A stretch of DNA of 56,838 nucleotides, filler included, from Sphacelaria rigidula (taxonomy: Eukaryota): assembly GCA_964200075.2 (NCBI GenBank). It is 7 parts of 7 records of this genome, joined end to end, with 100 filler letters (N's around TTAATTAATTAA, not from the genome) between each part and the next. Parts side by side here need not be neighbours in the genome. Positions count along the whole stretch, not along the records: positions 32,537 to 40,570 come from CAXNAA020012559.1; positions 40,671 to 48,704 come from CAXNAA020012560.1; positions 48,805 to 56,838 come from CAXNAA020012561.1; 4 more parts are not named here. One strand, written 5' to 3'. Under the pieces are notes generated by a model, which was not told where the DNA came from, made no database searches, and saw only the letters and a program-made list of their open reading frames with translations. Shown here piece after piece: positions 37,948 to 52,005 of this stretch; position 1 is the first letter of the stretch; each line of letters begins with the position of its first letter. The position numbers and the translations under genes were made by a program.

Positions 37948-38390
37948 AACACGGGATCTGACAAATTGGGGATGGATGTTTTATTGGGGATGAGAAACGC
38001 GGAGAATAAAAATCTTCGTATCCACACAAGTCTTCGAAATATGCTTCCATGTCTTGACCTACTGATAGCTTTTGACAACTACTCTACGTCGTACAAATTT
38101 GGATCTCGATAACCGAAATCTTGGGGTCCTAGGTGAAAAACCATTTTGGGGGAATTTCGGGTGTCCGAACGGACGCCAAAATGGTTCCGATATTGCTTTT
38201 TCACCCAGGACCTCAACATTTCGGTGATCGAAATCCATATTTCTATAGCGTGTAGCACTTGTCAATAGTTATCAGTAGGTGAAGACATGAAACCATATAT
38301 TGAAGATTTGGTGTGGATACGAAGAATTCAATTCTCCGGATTTCTCATCTCCAACAAAAGATCCATCCCCAATCTGTAAGATCCCGTGTT
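37948..38390. mobile_element. Foldback MITE with AAC...GTT termini and TGTT 4-bp TSD
   Basis: Same family as 12914-13345. TGTT flanks both ends. Confidence 0.92.
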
Positions 38391-40229
38391 TGTTGCACTC
38401 GCATGAGGCCGGGAGCCACATCGGTTTGAGATATCCTTCGACAAGGAATTGCACCACGTCCACAACCGTCTAGGTGGCGATTGGTACCCATGAGAGGTAC
38501 AAGTGAGTCCGAGACTTCCGCGAAGCCCTAAATCCGTCTGGGGTAGAGATTATACGGTTGAGCAGGGCCGTGTATACTACGTGTAGCGGTGGGTTATCAG
38601 TTACAACGCAGTCAAGCTCAGCCGGAGTTAGTGCGAAATCGTTGATGCTGTACTGACGGACATTTCAAAAAATGATCTGGAGGACGTAAGGATGGTAGTC
38701 CAGCTCCTCGCAACGTCGATTTTACCGTGTGTGATGTGAGAAAGCGCCTGATACTGTAAACGCAAGAGTGTCGTTGGATGGCTCCACGGACGTGGGCGTC
38801 TCTCTCTACAGCACCGTGGCGGAAAATCATGTAATGAAGCCTTACAAGACAAACTTAATGCTCACGCTGTACGACCTGCCGCTGCGGTCCACTTCATCCA
38901 CAGCGGCAAGGAGTCTCCTATCGACACGTGTGACCTTCGTTGGATGATCATAAAGTTCGGGGGGGACGGCGACATGGTGCAACTACATCGTAGGAGAGAG
39001 ATCCCTTGGGAGCGATGAGGAGGCCGCCGAAAATGGATGCCCAGGAGGTGACATAGCCAGAATATCGGCCGGCAACCGGCTCGGTAGCATAAAACACCCC
39101 GGCTGGTCTCATCTGATACTGTCGCCTCAAACGGTAGGTACGGGTAGCTTTCCGTCTGTATCTTGCTGAGGCACTGTACAACCCAAGGGCAAGGTAAAAG
39201 AAAAACCCCGACTGACCATAGATGAGGTACTTACTGTACAGCCCGAAGACAATGTGAGCTACCTGCCGGCTGGGCTGGTGCAGGTACCGCACAACCGGCG
39301 GCGGCGGCCAACAAAGTAGGATGCCAGAAGGCCTGACGGGGGAGGCGGGGGCAGGATAAAGTCTGGGTGGAGGAGAAGTGGCACAGGGTATGCACCGAGC
39401 ACAGGGTGACCAACATGGGGTAGTGCAAAGCAATGTGGGCGAGAGAGAGACGAAAAACGGCCAATCTTCGTTTGCGGGTGGCGACGTGGGTTCATGGCAG
39501 TGGAGTAGGATATCGGAGAGACGGATTGGACGGTTGGGGGATGAGGTGCTCCGTTGTCGCGCGATGAGAAAAAGCTGTGCGGTCGAATGCGAGAGGTCCC
39601 CAGACGGTGCCTCGGACCGTTCACCTTCGCGTACGGTTTGCACGTGACGCCGTGATGTGTGAGTGCTGTGTGGTTACAATATGATGATATCCATGGCGTA
39701 CCGTGCGTTTGCACACCTTCGTGACTCAGAGAAAAGGTTTTACGGCTTACGGCCGGGAAGCCGCGCGTACAGTACCGAAAATTGACGGTGCGTATCCTCG
39801 GGATACCGCTCCCATACTAGCACACCCGAGTCGACATTTTTTCATACACTTCATGGACACACATCATACCGTGTGGTTGTTGTCTAATTCGACAGAACTG
39901 TGATTGCCAAATTACTCGAAAGTATCGTCCACCCTGTTTCACGGGAAAGTTAAGAGGGTGACTCGGCTGGTCGAAGCTACAGGTGATGCTCACATTGCTT
40001 TTCTATACATGGTTGCCTTTGCTATTTTTCAAACCAGCATCTGGTGTACCGGGCAGGGCCGGGAGAATAACACCCGGGACGGAATAGGTTTCGGATTCCA
40101 AACACGGATGGCCCCCGGGGGTCATATATACCGTGACCGACATATATTTGGTGTTCACCCCCAGAAGTTTCCGTGGCACTGAGGGGAGAGTTTCTCTCCG
40201 TCCTATCGAGACACGCATCAGCAGTCTTG

Positions 40230-40570
40230 TCAGGGTTTGATTGTTTGCGGGATCTGCGTCTTTCTATAGTTACGGATCGCATGCTTTGCACCGCATGCTT
40301 CTCTGCACGCAGTCAGGCTTTCTGGTCTCCCTGAAATCCCCACAAAATCATCCGCCAACATCAGCCCTGATACCATGTCTTCACCCACCTGAACCCCTTG
40401 CTTTGCTGCTTCTATTGCTATTATCAAGTCATTGATAAATACCTTGAACGAATTGGATGATGACGTACATCCTTGTGCAACTCCTTGCAGAATATCAAAA
40501 TAACTCGATATTTCCCCGTCTAACATCATGCACTTTTGGCACATTCTGTCATCTTCTCCATCATTCTCCA
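40230..40570 (-). mobile_element. LINE RT fragment
   Basis: YFDILQGVAQGCTSSSNSFKVFINDL...GLMLADDFVG; related to the 26619-30060 family. Confidence 0.9.
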
Positions 40571-41349
40571 NNNNNNNNNNNNNNNNNNNNNNNNNNNNNN
40601 NNNNNNNNNNNNNNTTAATTAATTAANNNNNNNNNNNNNNNNNNNNNNNNNNNNNNNNNNNNNNNNNNNNGCAATACGATGCCAGTCGAACAGTGACGCA
40701 GTCCTTTGTCATCAGGTGGTCAGCAGTCACAGTGACATGCTTACGTCGGGTTCATTCGGTAAACTGGGGAAGCTGTGGTGTGAGAAACTTTTAGCAGCTT
40801 TTAAGCTGGCCCAGCTCGTACGCCACGACTGGAAATTGCCGTTGACTGAGGTATTGACTTCACAGGATTCGAATGAGACGCTGTCTTTGAGTGACCATGT
40901 TCGAGATTGTGTAAATGATTATTTTCTTTCTGGAACATGACATTGCATGGTCGTGTGTCACGAACAGGCGGACAAAGGTAGCATGAACGTGATTATCTGT
41001 GTCTACTGTTTGTCAAACTCGCATTCTACTTCAAGTAGTGTGAAGTGTTGGGGGTGCTGTAGAGTAGTCCATCTCTAGTACGTACAGGGGCATGACGAGC
41101 TGCAGGTTCGTGCAGGAGATTTGGGTATGAGGTTAACGTTATGATATTAGGTCATGGGATATTCTCTGGAGTATGACTATGACTGCTTGACATTATATAT
41201 GTTCAAGAATGTGCAGCAGGTTACTTCCGATAACGGAGATTGTGTGTTTGTGAACAATAACTATCTTGAAGTCTCCGAGCCCTAGTGAGGGAGGAAGCCC
41301 TTGGAGCAGTCTTGTGACCTTGTTCTGAGTCCAGGAGGGGTCTACAGGC

Positions 41350-41488
41350 CTCTTCGTGAACCGGCATCATTTTCAGTCTTTCTAAAGTAAAAATGATGCC
41401 GATTCACGAAGTGACCCGTCCAACACCCCGAGCAGCCCCGAGAAACCTCCTTGCCCAAAAAGTGTAACCTCTACCGTAGCATCACGTC
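41350..41488. mobile_element. One-ended fragment of the same MITE family as 30753
   Basis: Reverse complement of ~30753-30890, ending acctctaccgtagcatcac. Confidence 0.8.
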
Positions 41489-42331
41489 TATCATATTACA
41501 ATCTTGATCCGTTGAATCAAAACGACCATCGCAAGCTGGGGAAAGGTGCGAGGTTTGGGTTCGGCCAGACGATCGAGGATATGGTCGAATACTCTCAAAA
41601 ACCGTTTCTGGAATTTGCATAGAACGATTGGTGTAGAACAGAACTGAAGTGGACCCGTTCATGTTCGAACTTGAGATTTTATCCTAGAAAATGCTTGACG
41701 AGTTGAACAGGCGGAACTTGATTTGAAGAAAACTATCTGGGCCCGGCAATGTTTTTTACAGCTTGCAATTACTCAAGCATCGTTTTTAGATACCTGGCGG
41801 GAGGGGGGAAATGCGCATTGTGGCAGCTAGCGAGAGCCGTTTTCATTCAAAGCATTAGCATTCAAACATAATACCCTTTCTCCCTTACGAGGCTTGTAAA
41901 ATTGAATTGCTACAGGCAGTCAGTATATGCGGCAACGAAATTTCAATAATCATTCGGGCTTGTCCTACTGCCGACTACTGTCTGTACGTCGCTCGATAGC
42001 TATTCTCGGGCAAGACCTTCCTGGTCAGCGCTTAACGGCGTGGGTCACGAATGCAATGGCAGGTGGTTCATCATAGAACACCCTTAGTCCCAACCATCTC
42101 TCGCCTCACACTAGGATGACTCTCCTCACATGACAACTTTTTGCGACACGCGCGCGATCGTTTGTACGTAGGAAAGCTCAGATGAGAGGATGCCACGGGT
42201 CACACCAGCAAGAGTTGAGTCACCCCCAGAGTCATATTTTCCCCCTCCGCATGCCAAGGTCTACACGAGTGTTTGATCTCTCATGCATCCCCCCGACTGG
42301 GATGTGGCAGACTCTTGTCCTTGTATTGCAG

Positions 42332-42499
42332 ACGTCGGGTGGAATCTACGATTACGATACCACTCCCCAGCTTGCGATGGTTAGACCTTGGCGAAACGGT
42401 GCAACCGTCCTTGCTCGCGCGCGTGTGTGTGAGAGAGGATAGTAGCAGCGACGGGAACATCACCCTGCTTTTCGACGACGTGTTCTACTGCCCACCGAG
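42332..42499 (+). CDS. Candidate exon of an unidentified gene
   Basis: Pyrimidine tract plus TTGCAG| and AG|GTACAT, 168 nt open (RVESTITIPLPSLRWLDLG...FDDVFYCPP). No recognisable domain or partner exon. Confidence 0.3.
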
Positions 42500-43445
42500 G
42501 TACATTCTGTCCAAGCAGAGAGGCAGAGAGGAATCGATCTTCGGATTGGTCAGCGCCACAGACAGGAGACGACAACCGTGGGTATCGCGATCTCGTTTAT
42601 GGGGCTGTGCTACAACAACCCACCCACCTACACATGGCAAGTTGGATCTGTGATGGTAACATGATGTCAATCTCTTGAGTGATCGGGAATCGCCGAACGC
42701 GGACACACGAAGGACACCAACGAAGAGATTCCTCTCCGCCGTTGCTCCTCTGCTGATATCGTCATCGACACGCGTGTACACCGCATCCGTTCGGTGTACC
42801 CAGCCACACCTGCTTCATAACTGCTGCACCTGCTTCATGACTGCTGTAGGTTGTTTATGGGGGAAGACCTGTTTCCTTGGTGTAACCGTTTTGCACCATT
42901 CCTGAAAATTAGCGATGCCATTTGAACCCTATTTAAGTGTTCAACCCCATTTTTTATAACCGCTTGTTTTTTGTACGCATATACATGAATCTCCTCTTAT
43001 CAGCATGCCAGAAAAGTTCCTGTTAGTGCTTCAACAGACCAGGCGACGATCCCCCCACGCCACCCGCACAATTGACGCATGAGGGATGAAGACAACGACG
43101 AACTCAGTTTGCCCATGTAGTAGGTAGGAAAAGAAGAGCAACACGAGTTTGTTTTATTCTACTTCAAGGTGAACGACGTTTGGGGCAACGTCTTGTTCTA
43201 GACGTATCTCTCGAGCACGAAATACGGGCCTTACACTCCTGTTGTACTGTCTCTAGTCATTTCCGGTACTTTCGTGTGAACAGAAAGAACAGCAGCAGTC
43301 TTGAACATCAGTTCCATGGCGACACCAGCGTGAACATCTTTCCAGACGGTAATCCTTTCATGTTCAGGGCCTCCGATACAACACGTGCTGCAGTCATTAC
43401 ATGATATTTCAGTCTTGCACCGGACGGTATGCTGTCTGTACTGCC

Positions 43446-43628
43446 GGTCTCCCCGGTGGCTCAGTTGGTAACCTAGAAACCTTCTGACGGTGGAGTTGTG
43501 TCTTCGAGTATCGATGAAGTCACATGATCTGGGATTTTTCTCACATCATGTCCACCAGTAAAGAGCGACTATGTAGTGCGTACACAAAATTCGACTTCAC
43601 TGTCGACGGGGAAAAGGGACTCAGAACG
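43446..43628 (+). mobile_element. 5' half of the tRNA-derived SINE
   Basis: GGTCTCCCCGGTGGCTCAGTTGGTAACC A-box head with a degenerate B box. Confidence 0.8.
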
Positions 43629-44978
43629 ATATTCTGTTGTTGTTGTGGTTGTGGTTGTTGTTGTCTTCACATGAAAAACGTCCCCATGTCTGCGCAGTGA
43701 CTGAATGTCAGTGAAAGCTAGTACACAAAATATGCAGTGGACATTGCTACTTGGTGGAATGACCCTTCAAAGGGTGATACTACTTCCCCAAGTGCTCCTA
43801 GCGTGCGCAGAACGCGTTTTTATCACAATCGGCGCCAATTTGAGGTCTGCCAGCGCCGCACTTTGCCTATGGAACACTCGGCATCCCCAACAAGGGCATT
43901 CCAAGAACCTCCGGGCAAGGCGAGGGTTGTCCATGGCTGGCAGTTCAACCTTGACACCTATATCGTCGACAGCCTTGGAAGCCCTCTCCGTCAACACCAA
44001 ATATACAGGCGAAGACATCATGACGTTGACCCATTCAGCATGGAGTTAACAATCATCAAGCAAACGAAAAATGATCGAACCAAAAAAAAAATCCGGTGTT
44101 TTACTCAACAGCACCCTTCACGGCAAGGAGAAGCGCTACGTTCGGGGCGGTACGGCGCAAGCTGCGAGGAGTTGGTGGGCATGGCGTGCGGTGCAGACAG
44201 TCGGTGAGGACTTCCCATCTACTTGATTCACGGCCTGTCGTGGTGTTCTGTTGTGTATATCTCCGCACACCAACTGTCGTCTCCCTGGGCTCACTGTGTG
44301 GGCCAAAATTGAGAGATTAATGGACTGTAGTATAAAAATCTGACACAGGAAAAAATCTCAAGTGTGTGTTGGGTAGGGTATTTCCGACAGTTGGGTACTT
44401 TAACTTGTGAAACAGACAGCGCCGTGTATATCTATTCATCCGCTTACTGGATTGAGTCGTGTTGAGCAAGATTGCATCGGACAGCAAGGGTTGAGGTGCT
44501 TTTGTATTTCAGTACTCGTCCATGCTTGCAAAGAAATTTGTGCATTGACTGCCATACTGCACTCTTCTCTACGGGCTACAATCCAAAGCTGTACGGCGCA
44601 GGCTCTCGCGGGCATGGCGCACGGAGTACCATGTCGGTGAAAAGGTGGGGCTATGGTGATATATACAGTAATATGTATATACCACCGAGAGAGAGCGTCA
44701 CCGCGTCAGACAGAGTGTGTATTGTAAAAAATGTTCCGAAAACGATCAGGTCGAACTTGGATTTAGTACGGATCTGAGCTTCAACGTGATGGTGATTCAA
44801 GTATCGGGCGGAGAGATGTTTATGCTATTCACATGAATGATGATTGGGCAACACCACTTGCGAAATACCTACTGTGCTGCAAGCTGATATTGCAAAACAA
44901 GGTTTCTCGAATATCCTCTGCTGTAGAAATCCTATACTGTACGGGGTTTCTCGTCCGCTACGTAGTCGTTGGGGCCGT

Positions 44979-45213
44979 GCGATGGTTTAAAGGATGGCTA
45001 CGGACTGAGTGAGTGCATTTCAGGTGTTGCTGAGTCCATACGGAGCTCATGGGGCGAAGAGGATTTGCATACATCTCTGTCGTGTACGTAATTGTTTGGC
45101 AACTTGTAGCAAGCGCGTTATCTCGTCCACTCCGGAGCCACTTGCGCCGCGCGATGGCTTGAACGATGGCTACGGACTGTGCGAGTGTATTTCAGGTGTT
45201 GCTGAGTCCATAC
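44979..45213 (+). repeat. Direct repeat pair of ~60 bp
   Basis: gatggctacggactg...atttcaggtgttgctgagtccatac occurs at ~44993 and ~45166. Confidence 0.85.
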
Positions 45214-48200
45214 TGAGATCTTCGGGGTCTTCGGGCGAACGCTGACGGTTCTTCAAATTGATTGACATGGATGTAACTAAATTCATAGACGTCCATGGAT
45301 TTAGCACGAATCTTTCGAAAATGTCCGATCTGCTCATTTCGTTCCCTGTGCGACGTTTCGAGAAGACGGGGGGGGGGCACGAAAGAACTATGATGTACCT
45401 CGTAAGCCATGCCCTTATAGTACTCCGTGCACGTGCACCTCCTTCCCTGAATTTTGGTTCTATTATTTTCTTTGAATGAATCTAGACGACAAGTTCTCTT
45501 CGAACACCAATGCCATCCCCAATGAGCGCAACAGCGGTGTACGGCTATTGCAACTCGGCGGCGTGACATCAATCACGGTTAGCATCCTTTTGTGGTCAAC
45601 TGTTGATGTGCCACCACTTGTAAAGTAGTACACATCCGTTTTACTCGAAGGGCGCGGGAGGTTTTTGCTTCTTCAGAAAATGTCAGGACAACCACCAAGG
45701 TACGATGCGTTCAGTCTGCACCTACTAAATAACTCGACACCATGGCATCCGAAATGGAAATAACTTTAAAACCAGTCGAAGAGCTCACGGCGGACTCGAA
45801 ACGGCACCTGCCAAAAGTGAGAGAGTAAACCCCCAGGCACGAGAAGAAGTCCCCTAAGAAGACGTTTTCCTGCATCCCCACGAGGCCCGTAGCAAGCGAC
45901 GCGCTCAGGTGGCACCTGGACGCGAAATATTCAGTGGGAGAGGCGTTGGTGTATCTTGGAAACCTGCTTGCGCGGCGGTGAGGGCTGGGGTATCTCACTG
46001 GGACATGTGATGAACAAACAAGGCCTTGCGGGCAACATGTACCGTCGTCAAGAGTACTGTTCATAGCTCAGACGCGCACCACATGTTATCGGCTTCTCGT
46101 CGCGCTACGGTACCACGCACTGCCAACTCTAGGCTTTACGGCACTAGCAGACAATAACGGAAGAAAAATCGAGGGGATTGAAGCGCACCTCTTTAGAGTT
46201 TGTACATCCGGCGAAGCTCGCCAAGCGTCCGCTCCCAGAACCATCATGCGCGTCTTCTGATTCGATGACGAGGCGTGCGCAACAGCCCGTGGCGGGCGCC
46301 TTCGCTTCACGGGGGGTTTCCTGTGGAGATAAACGCAATCATCTTCCTTTCCTGCCGCGATGCATCGACTTTATTGGCGTTGTCAGCGCGGGTTCGTCCA
46401 GAAAGAAAGAGGAAACGGCGATGCGGCTTGGTTAACGACAAACACGGGCTTGCGCGGCAACCACGTTGCAAACACGTTCTGCTTCTTCACTTGATGCTGT
46501 GTACTTGTTCGTGTATTTGTTTTCGCCAAAGCTGGCCCTTTTCAGTCCTAGGGACGAGTCCATTTCTCAAGGAACTCACCCATCCCCCCCCGCTCCCCGA
46601 TACATACCTAACAGCTTGGGGCATCACACATGGGACCAGCACTTTCGTACTGCGTCAACATTCTCAAATGTTCTCTACTACTCACGTCCTCATGCATCAA
46701 CGACGGAAATCAGTCCTTGAGAAAACACCGCATTTATCGGGAGTTGAACCCTCAACTCCGCCCCAACAGGTTTATGTAACAGTCATTAGAACGGGGCGGG
46801 GCGCGGCGATATCCTTACGCCTTCAACAGATTTTCATCATAGGGAAAATCAACAGGGAATCATGGGCCGCGGCAACATCCTCGCAGACCAGGAAAACACA
46901 GCCGTACGGTAGTACAGGATATGAAGGAGGCACGAGAAGTGTGAGACGCCACCAGGGCAAGGATCATAATCTCTTCAATCCTCATCCCAACACCGATGGC
47001 TTGCCCTTTCGAGGCAACGAACACTTACCAATGCTCCGATACCCCGTTTTCTTGCAGGTATCGGCGCCATCGAGCGAACACGGAGGACACAACCGGTATC
47101 TCAGGGCGTCGCCGAAGCAGTTGCCAACCGCTCACCAAATCGATGGTGTTGCATTGACAGCACAGCACAGTAGTGGTAGGCATCACTTTCATGCATAGGC
47201 ACCGGTTTCCATCTTTCGTGGGGTAGTAACTCTCACGTCGAAAGCTGCACCGAATGAAAACTGTCGGCAGGGGATTTCCTGCGCAGATATTTCAATCTGG
47301 GCATAGAGTAAGGGTAAGGGCTCCGAACCACGTGAAAACCTATCCCGGAAAAGCGAAGATTTTACGCATTTTTTCATTTATTTGAACACCCACAAGGATT
47401 ACGCATATGGTACGGGCATCGACGAGAGGTGTGGGTAAAGGTTGATGTCAATACCTGGCTCTGGCTTGGAATTCCTCATGCATCCGTTTTCAAAATGAAA
47501 GAAGATGAGCGTTGGTTCTGCACGGTGATTCAATTTTCGCATCATTTGCTGAGCGAACATGATTTTCTGCGGTAGATCCTGCACAACGCTCAGACAGATA
47601 ATACGATGGAATCGTTGATCGAATATGCTTGCGCTCAAGGATGACATCAGTAACCAGCAGGGGAGCCGATCGATTTCGACCGCACCAAATCGTCCCGCGG
47701 AATTTTATCCTGGAGTCAGGGGCTTGTACCTCGGCTAAGGATCGGGTATAGACGGCCGAATGCAGGAAGTTTTGAAGCGGTTGAATTCGGCGATGAATCG
47801 GACAAACATTGTCGGTCGACACTCAGTGCTGGCTGTGGCTGCACACTGTTGAAACCTTCATGGGTATTTGGGCTGTTTCGTCTTCCGTAAAACGAACAAC
47901 GCGCTGTCCGTTGCTGCGACACTCCTGCTGGTGCTGTGCGTTGGGGGGCTGTACTGTACCGTACCGCTGTTATGCCCGTGAATGGGGCCCGATTTCGGGC
48001 AGTATATATCGGGAAAAAGGACCGACCAACTACACAGTTAGTTGAATGCAGAAGTGAAACCTACGTGAGCCAATCAGTATCAATCGCAGGTACACGTGTC
48101 AATCGAAAAGACGACCACACCCATACAAAATGTAATGTTACTATGGACAATGGCCTAGAAAAGGTATACCTTCTCGTTTTTTGTCCAAGAAAGGTACGAA

Positions 48201-50939
48201 AAATGGCCAGAAGCGCGAAAACAGCAAAACACGCCATTTTGATCGTTTCGTTCCGAATTTTTCATGCACATCATTCGGGGGTTGCAGTGGCACCCGGGTC
48301 CCGAAAAGAAACGGGCAAAGCAAATGTTACTCGAGGGATATGGCCACGCGAAAATGGACGTTTCGCCTGCAGAAATCGCTTACCTTTTCGAGGCCAAATT
48401 TCGCCCAGGTTTACCTACTCTAGGAATCATTTTTGAATCGTACCTTATCTGGGCCACCGATCGGCCGAGAACGTACCTGTGCGAAGCCATCGCTCTCTAC
48501 ATTGTACCTGATGCGGCACATCGCGCGGAAGGGAGTCTACGCGCCAACCCCAACCATGGCGCCCACACATTCGGCTCTTTTCTCGCTCATTTGCCGTTGA
48601 CGGACGCTATAACGACCACGCCCCCTTTTCGCTGGATATAGTTCCCGAGTCTCTCCGCATCGACACAATAACTGGACTCACAACTCCCAGCGCGCCTGTC
48701 TTTTNNNNNNNNNNNNNNNNNNNNNNNNNNNNNNNNNNNNNNNNNNNNTTAATTAATTAANNNNNNNNNNNNNNNNNNNNNNNNNNNNNNNNNNNNNNNN
48801 NNNNAATCATTCGGTGCGGAACCGATGTGTTGCGTGCAGTGGATGCGCTAGTGATGCATCTCACCAAACAGACAACGAAATCGCTATCCAAACCGCCCTG
48901 CCGCTCACACGGCTGCGCCATCAATTCAACTGCGCCGCGGCACCTTCGTGCTATACTTCTCGCTTCTGTGGGCTCTGATTGGCTGTGCACATCAACGCAC
49001 ATCAATGATTTTTTTAATTGGCAGGCGTTATTTAGGTCATGACGTGAGAAAAAATATGGGTCCTATACTTTGATCAAGTCGCGCACATCAATGCACAAGT
49101 TACCCTATGGGCGCGGAGCCGAGAATTGCCCAGAACGTGCAAGGGAGCATGCAGCGGCAGCTGCTGCGTCAGTCGGAGAGGCATACTTGACAGTACTGTA
49201 CTATACTGTTGTATGCATGCGCGCCACGACGCTAAAACCGTTGGAAGAGAATTTGTCGCATGCAGCAAGGTGGGAAACGGCGGCCCACCCCGACCACAAA
49301 GGGCTGTGTGGCAAGGTGATGGGGACGAAAGTATCATCCAAAGTCACAAGTGGCGGGCGGCCCGCCGGTCGTCGCATCCTGTTGGAAGCTCTTTATCACG
49401 ACCCATCCTGCTTGCTACATTGGATGTACACCACCTAATGCGCACCCTGCACGTGAAAATAGATTGGAACTTTTGGTCTTTGTCATAACCCTGCGGTGAC
49501 ATAAGTAAATTTTCAGCAACACGCCACTGTTTCGTGCAGACGCCAGACACGTCATTCCCGACCAGCCTCATTGGTCGTTCTGGAGGCCCGGTCCCAAAAG
49601 GTTAATGTGAAGACAACAACAGCAACAATAACGATATTCCGTCGAAAGGCCCTCAAAACGGCCAGCTCGCAGCCCAGATTATGTGCGCTGTGATTGAATG
49701 CATATGTGGACACGTTGCTGCACTCACCCGCACATTATGATCACCTGGGAGGGTAACGTGCTGGCACAGATAGGTCAGTACTGGCACACCCTCTGGATAA
49801 TGACAAAATATAGAAAAGTCATTTTCCGGTATTGCCTGTAGAGATGCTCAGCGCGGGAGGCACGATCGTACGCGCGCTGTCGTCGCTGCAAGGCGTTGAA
49901 ACTTCGGTCACATGTCATGTACCCCACATTTAGCAATCTCATGCGTCTGGATCTGAGGTTGAGCGTTGCAACAGTTACAGTGGTGCGCAAGGGGATGAAA
50001 AGAGCTCAGATTTTGCTCAGATTTATTTTATTTTATTTTGGCGCCAGACTGAAACGTTCAAACGTTTCAACAGTAACCGTAGAGAACAACGACTGACCCA
50101 GGGAGTCAAGTTGCACTTGTATTCGATTGACTGTTGCACGTCGATTTATCCGCCAGGGATCCAGCGTTGGTCACCTGATAGTGTGTTTCAGAACAATCGA
50201 CGAGAAATAACCCAAGTACTTGCTACCGTGTATCTTCACTGCTGTAGACAAACTACGGAAGTGGGTATCCGGTATGTCAATCCCGGCACCAGCGACTACT
50301 GTCTGTACGATGTGTGTACAGTAGTACTGTTGTACGGTTTACTGTTTGTACTTCACCCCCCGCCCCCCCCCCTCCAACGCCGTAACGTCCGCAGCAGGGA
50401 GGTGAGTCAAAGCGGAAAAATACCTGCCCAGTCTTGGTAATGCGAGTTTTCGATTTCAGCACGATCCCCTTTCCCTTGAACTGGTCCCCCCTCCTACCAC
50501 TTCCGAAGCTTATCTTGCACGACACGTCAGATAACTACCAAAAGCGCCGACGCTGTGAGAGCTTGGTGAAATCGTAAGATGGGGGGGGGTAAAGTGCACC
50601 GAACTATCATGATCCAATCCCATACGTTCTGTTGTACACCCGTTTTCATGGACTCATTTCATATTGATTTTTTATGCTGGGTATTCGCCCTTTCTAGATT
50701 ATGCTATTACTTGCAGCTCATTGATGTTTGTTTTTGTTTTTTCCTGCCGGAGGGTCGCACTATAAAAGAGAATGTGTGCGTGCTGTCGCAACAGCAGGTC
50801 TGAATCGAAATGGGCCAAGCGAATGTACATATGAAAATAAAGAGTATTTTCCGCATGATGTAATGTTGCCACAGTCCTGTTCCTGGTCCCGATCTACCCA
50901 AGACGATTGCGCACTCTGTGCACCAACCAGATAGTTGTC

Positions 50940-51161
50940 ATGAAGTCGTCTATGGGTAAGTCCCTACTCGCCGCTCTAGTAGTCTCTGCAGCGACATCTG
51001 TATGCTCGACATCAGCTTCTTCTGCTGGGGTGGTCGGTGGGGTCAGCTCCCGCCCTACCAGCTTGTTGCACAACGACAAGAAGAACGAGCTTGCTGCACT
51101 CAAGGGAGATGCATTGCGTACCGCTGCGGTGGGTTTAGCGGGAGGGCAGGAAGTGCGAAAG
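50940..51161 (+). CDS. Probable first coding exon of a signal-peptide-bearing protein
   Basis: ATG at 50940, MKSSMGKSLLAALVVSAATSVCSTSA..., 222 nt, ending at a consensus donor AAG|GTAAGT. Confidence 0.65.
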
Positions 51162-51335
51162 GTAAGTGTGCGCTTGCAGCGTGAGTGATACTGTTGTATG
51201 TGCATAAGATTAAACATGATGACCCCAGAAAAAGATTGATGATGGGCGGTGAGATCTTCGATAACGTGCTGTGCGGCGGTACGTTTTTGTCCGTCCAAAA
51301 CAGCTAGACCTGCGTGACGTTTGTCCAACATGCGC

Positions 51336-51371
<36 letters not shown>

Positions 51372-51554
51372 TCCCATACGATACTATTATACAGTACTGT
51401 TTCTACCATTGCCCCCATCTGTGGTGTTGTGTAGTGTGAAGATAGCCTGTACTTCGGTATTGTGGGTGCGGTCGGTATAACAGCCTTTCGTAGATGCCGT
51501 GTTGTACCTTGTACCGCACAAGCTGCAGATGAAGTTCAAAGCCACTCCATAGCC

Positions 51555-51904
51555 GGTCGCCCCTGTGGCTCAGGTGGTAACCTCGAAACCTCCTCATTGC
51601 TGAGATGTAGGTTCGAGTCTCGGTGAAGTCATACCATCTGGGATTGTTTCGTACCTCATGCCCAACATTGTGGCGCGATCAAAACTTTCGACATTGCGCA
51701 CGATCAGGAAAGGCGGCCGCTGAATCCTTCGCACGCGCGATAAAAACATGAGGCAGGGACCGTAAAAAGGAAGGTGGTGTGCTGTTTTTTTGGAACAAGA
51801 ACCAAAATCTCGCATGTTGAGTTTTGACTTTCCTCCAGTGTGATTCAGCCTGGTGCGCCCACATACACCGACATGTGTACACTGGCCAGAATGAATGATA
51901 TGAC

Positions 51905-51986
<82 letters not shown>
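51555..51986 (+). mobile_element. Full-length tRNA-derived SINE with long (CA)n tail
   Basis: A box TGGCTCAGGTGG (51566), B box GGTTCGAGTC (51610), conserved body, ~80-nt CA run. Confidence 0.88.
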
Positions 51987-51988
<2 letters not shown>

Positions 51989-52005
51989 ACAGCAATGCTT
52001 CGCGT

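Noticed and set aside
38948-39643. 231-aa minus-strand ORF
   Set aside because: Low-complexity with no recognisable family, so a call cannot be supported.
46275-47198. 307-aa ORF
   Set aside because: No ATG start, no recognisable motif and no splice support, so probably spurious or decayed repeat.
51555-51630. Functional tRNA gene
   Set aside because: A/B boxes are present but there is no closing acceptor stem, and the sequence continues into a multi-copy SINE body.
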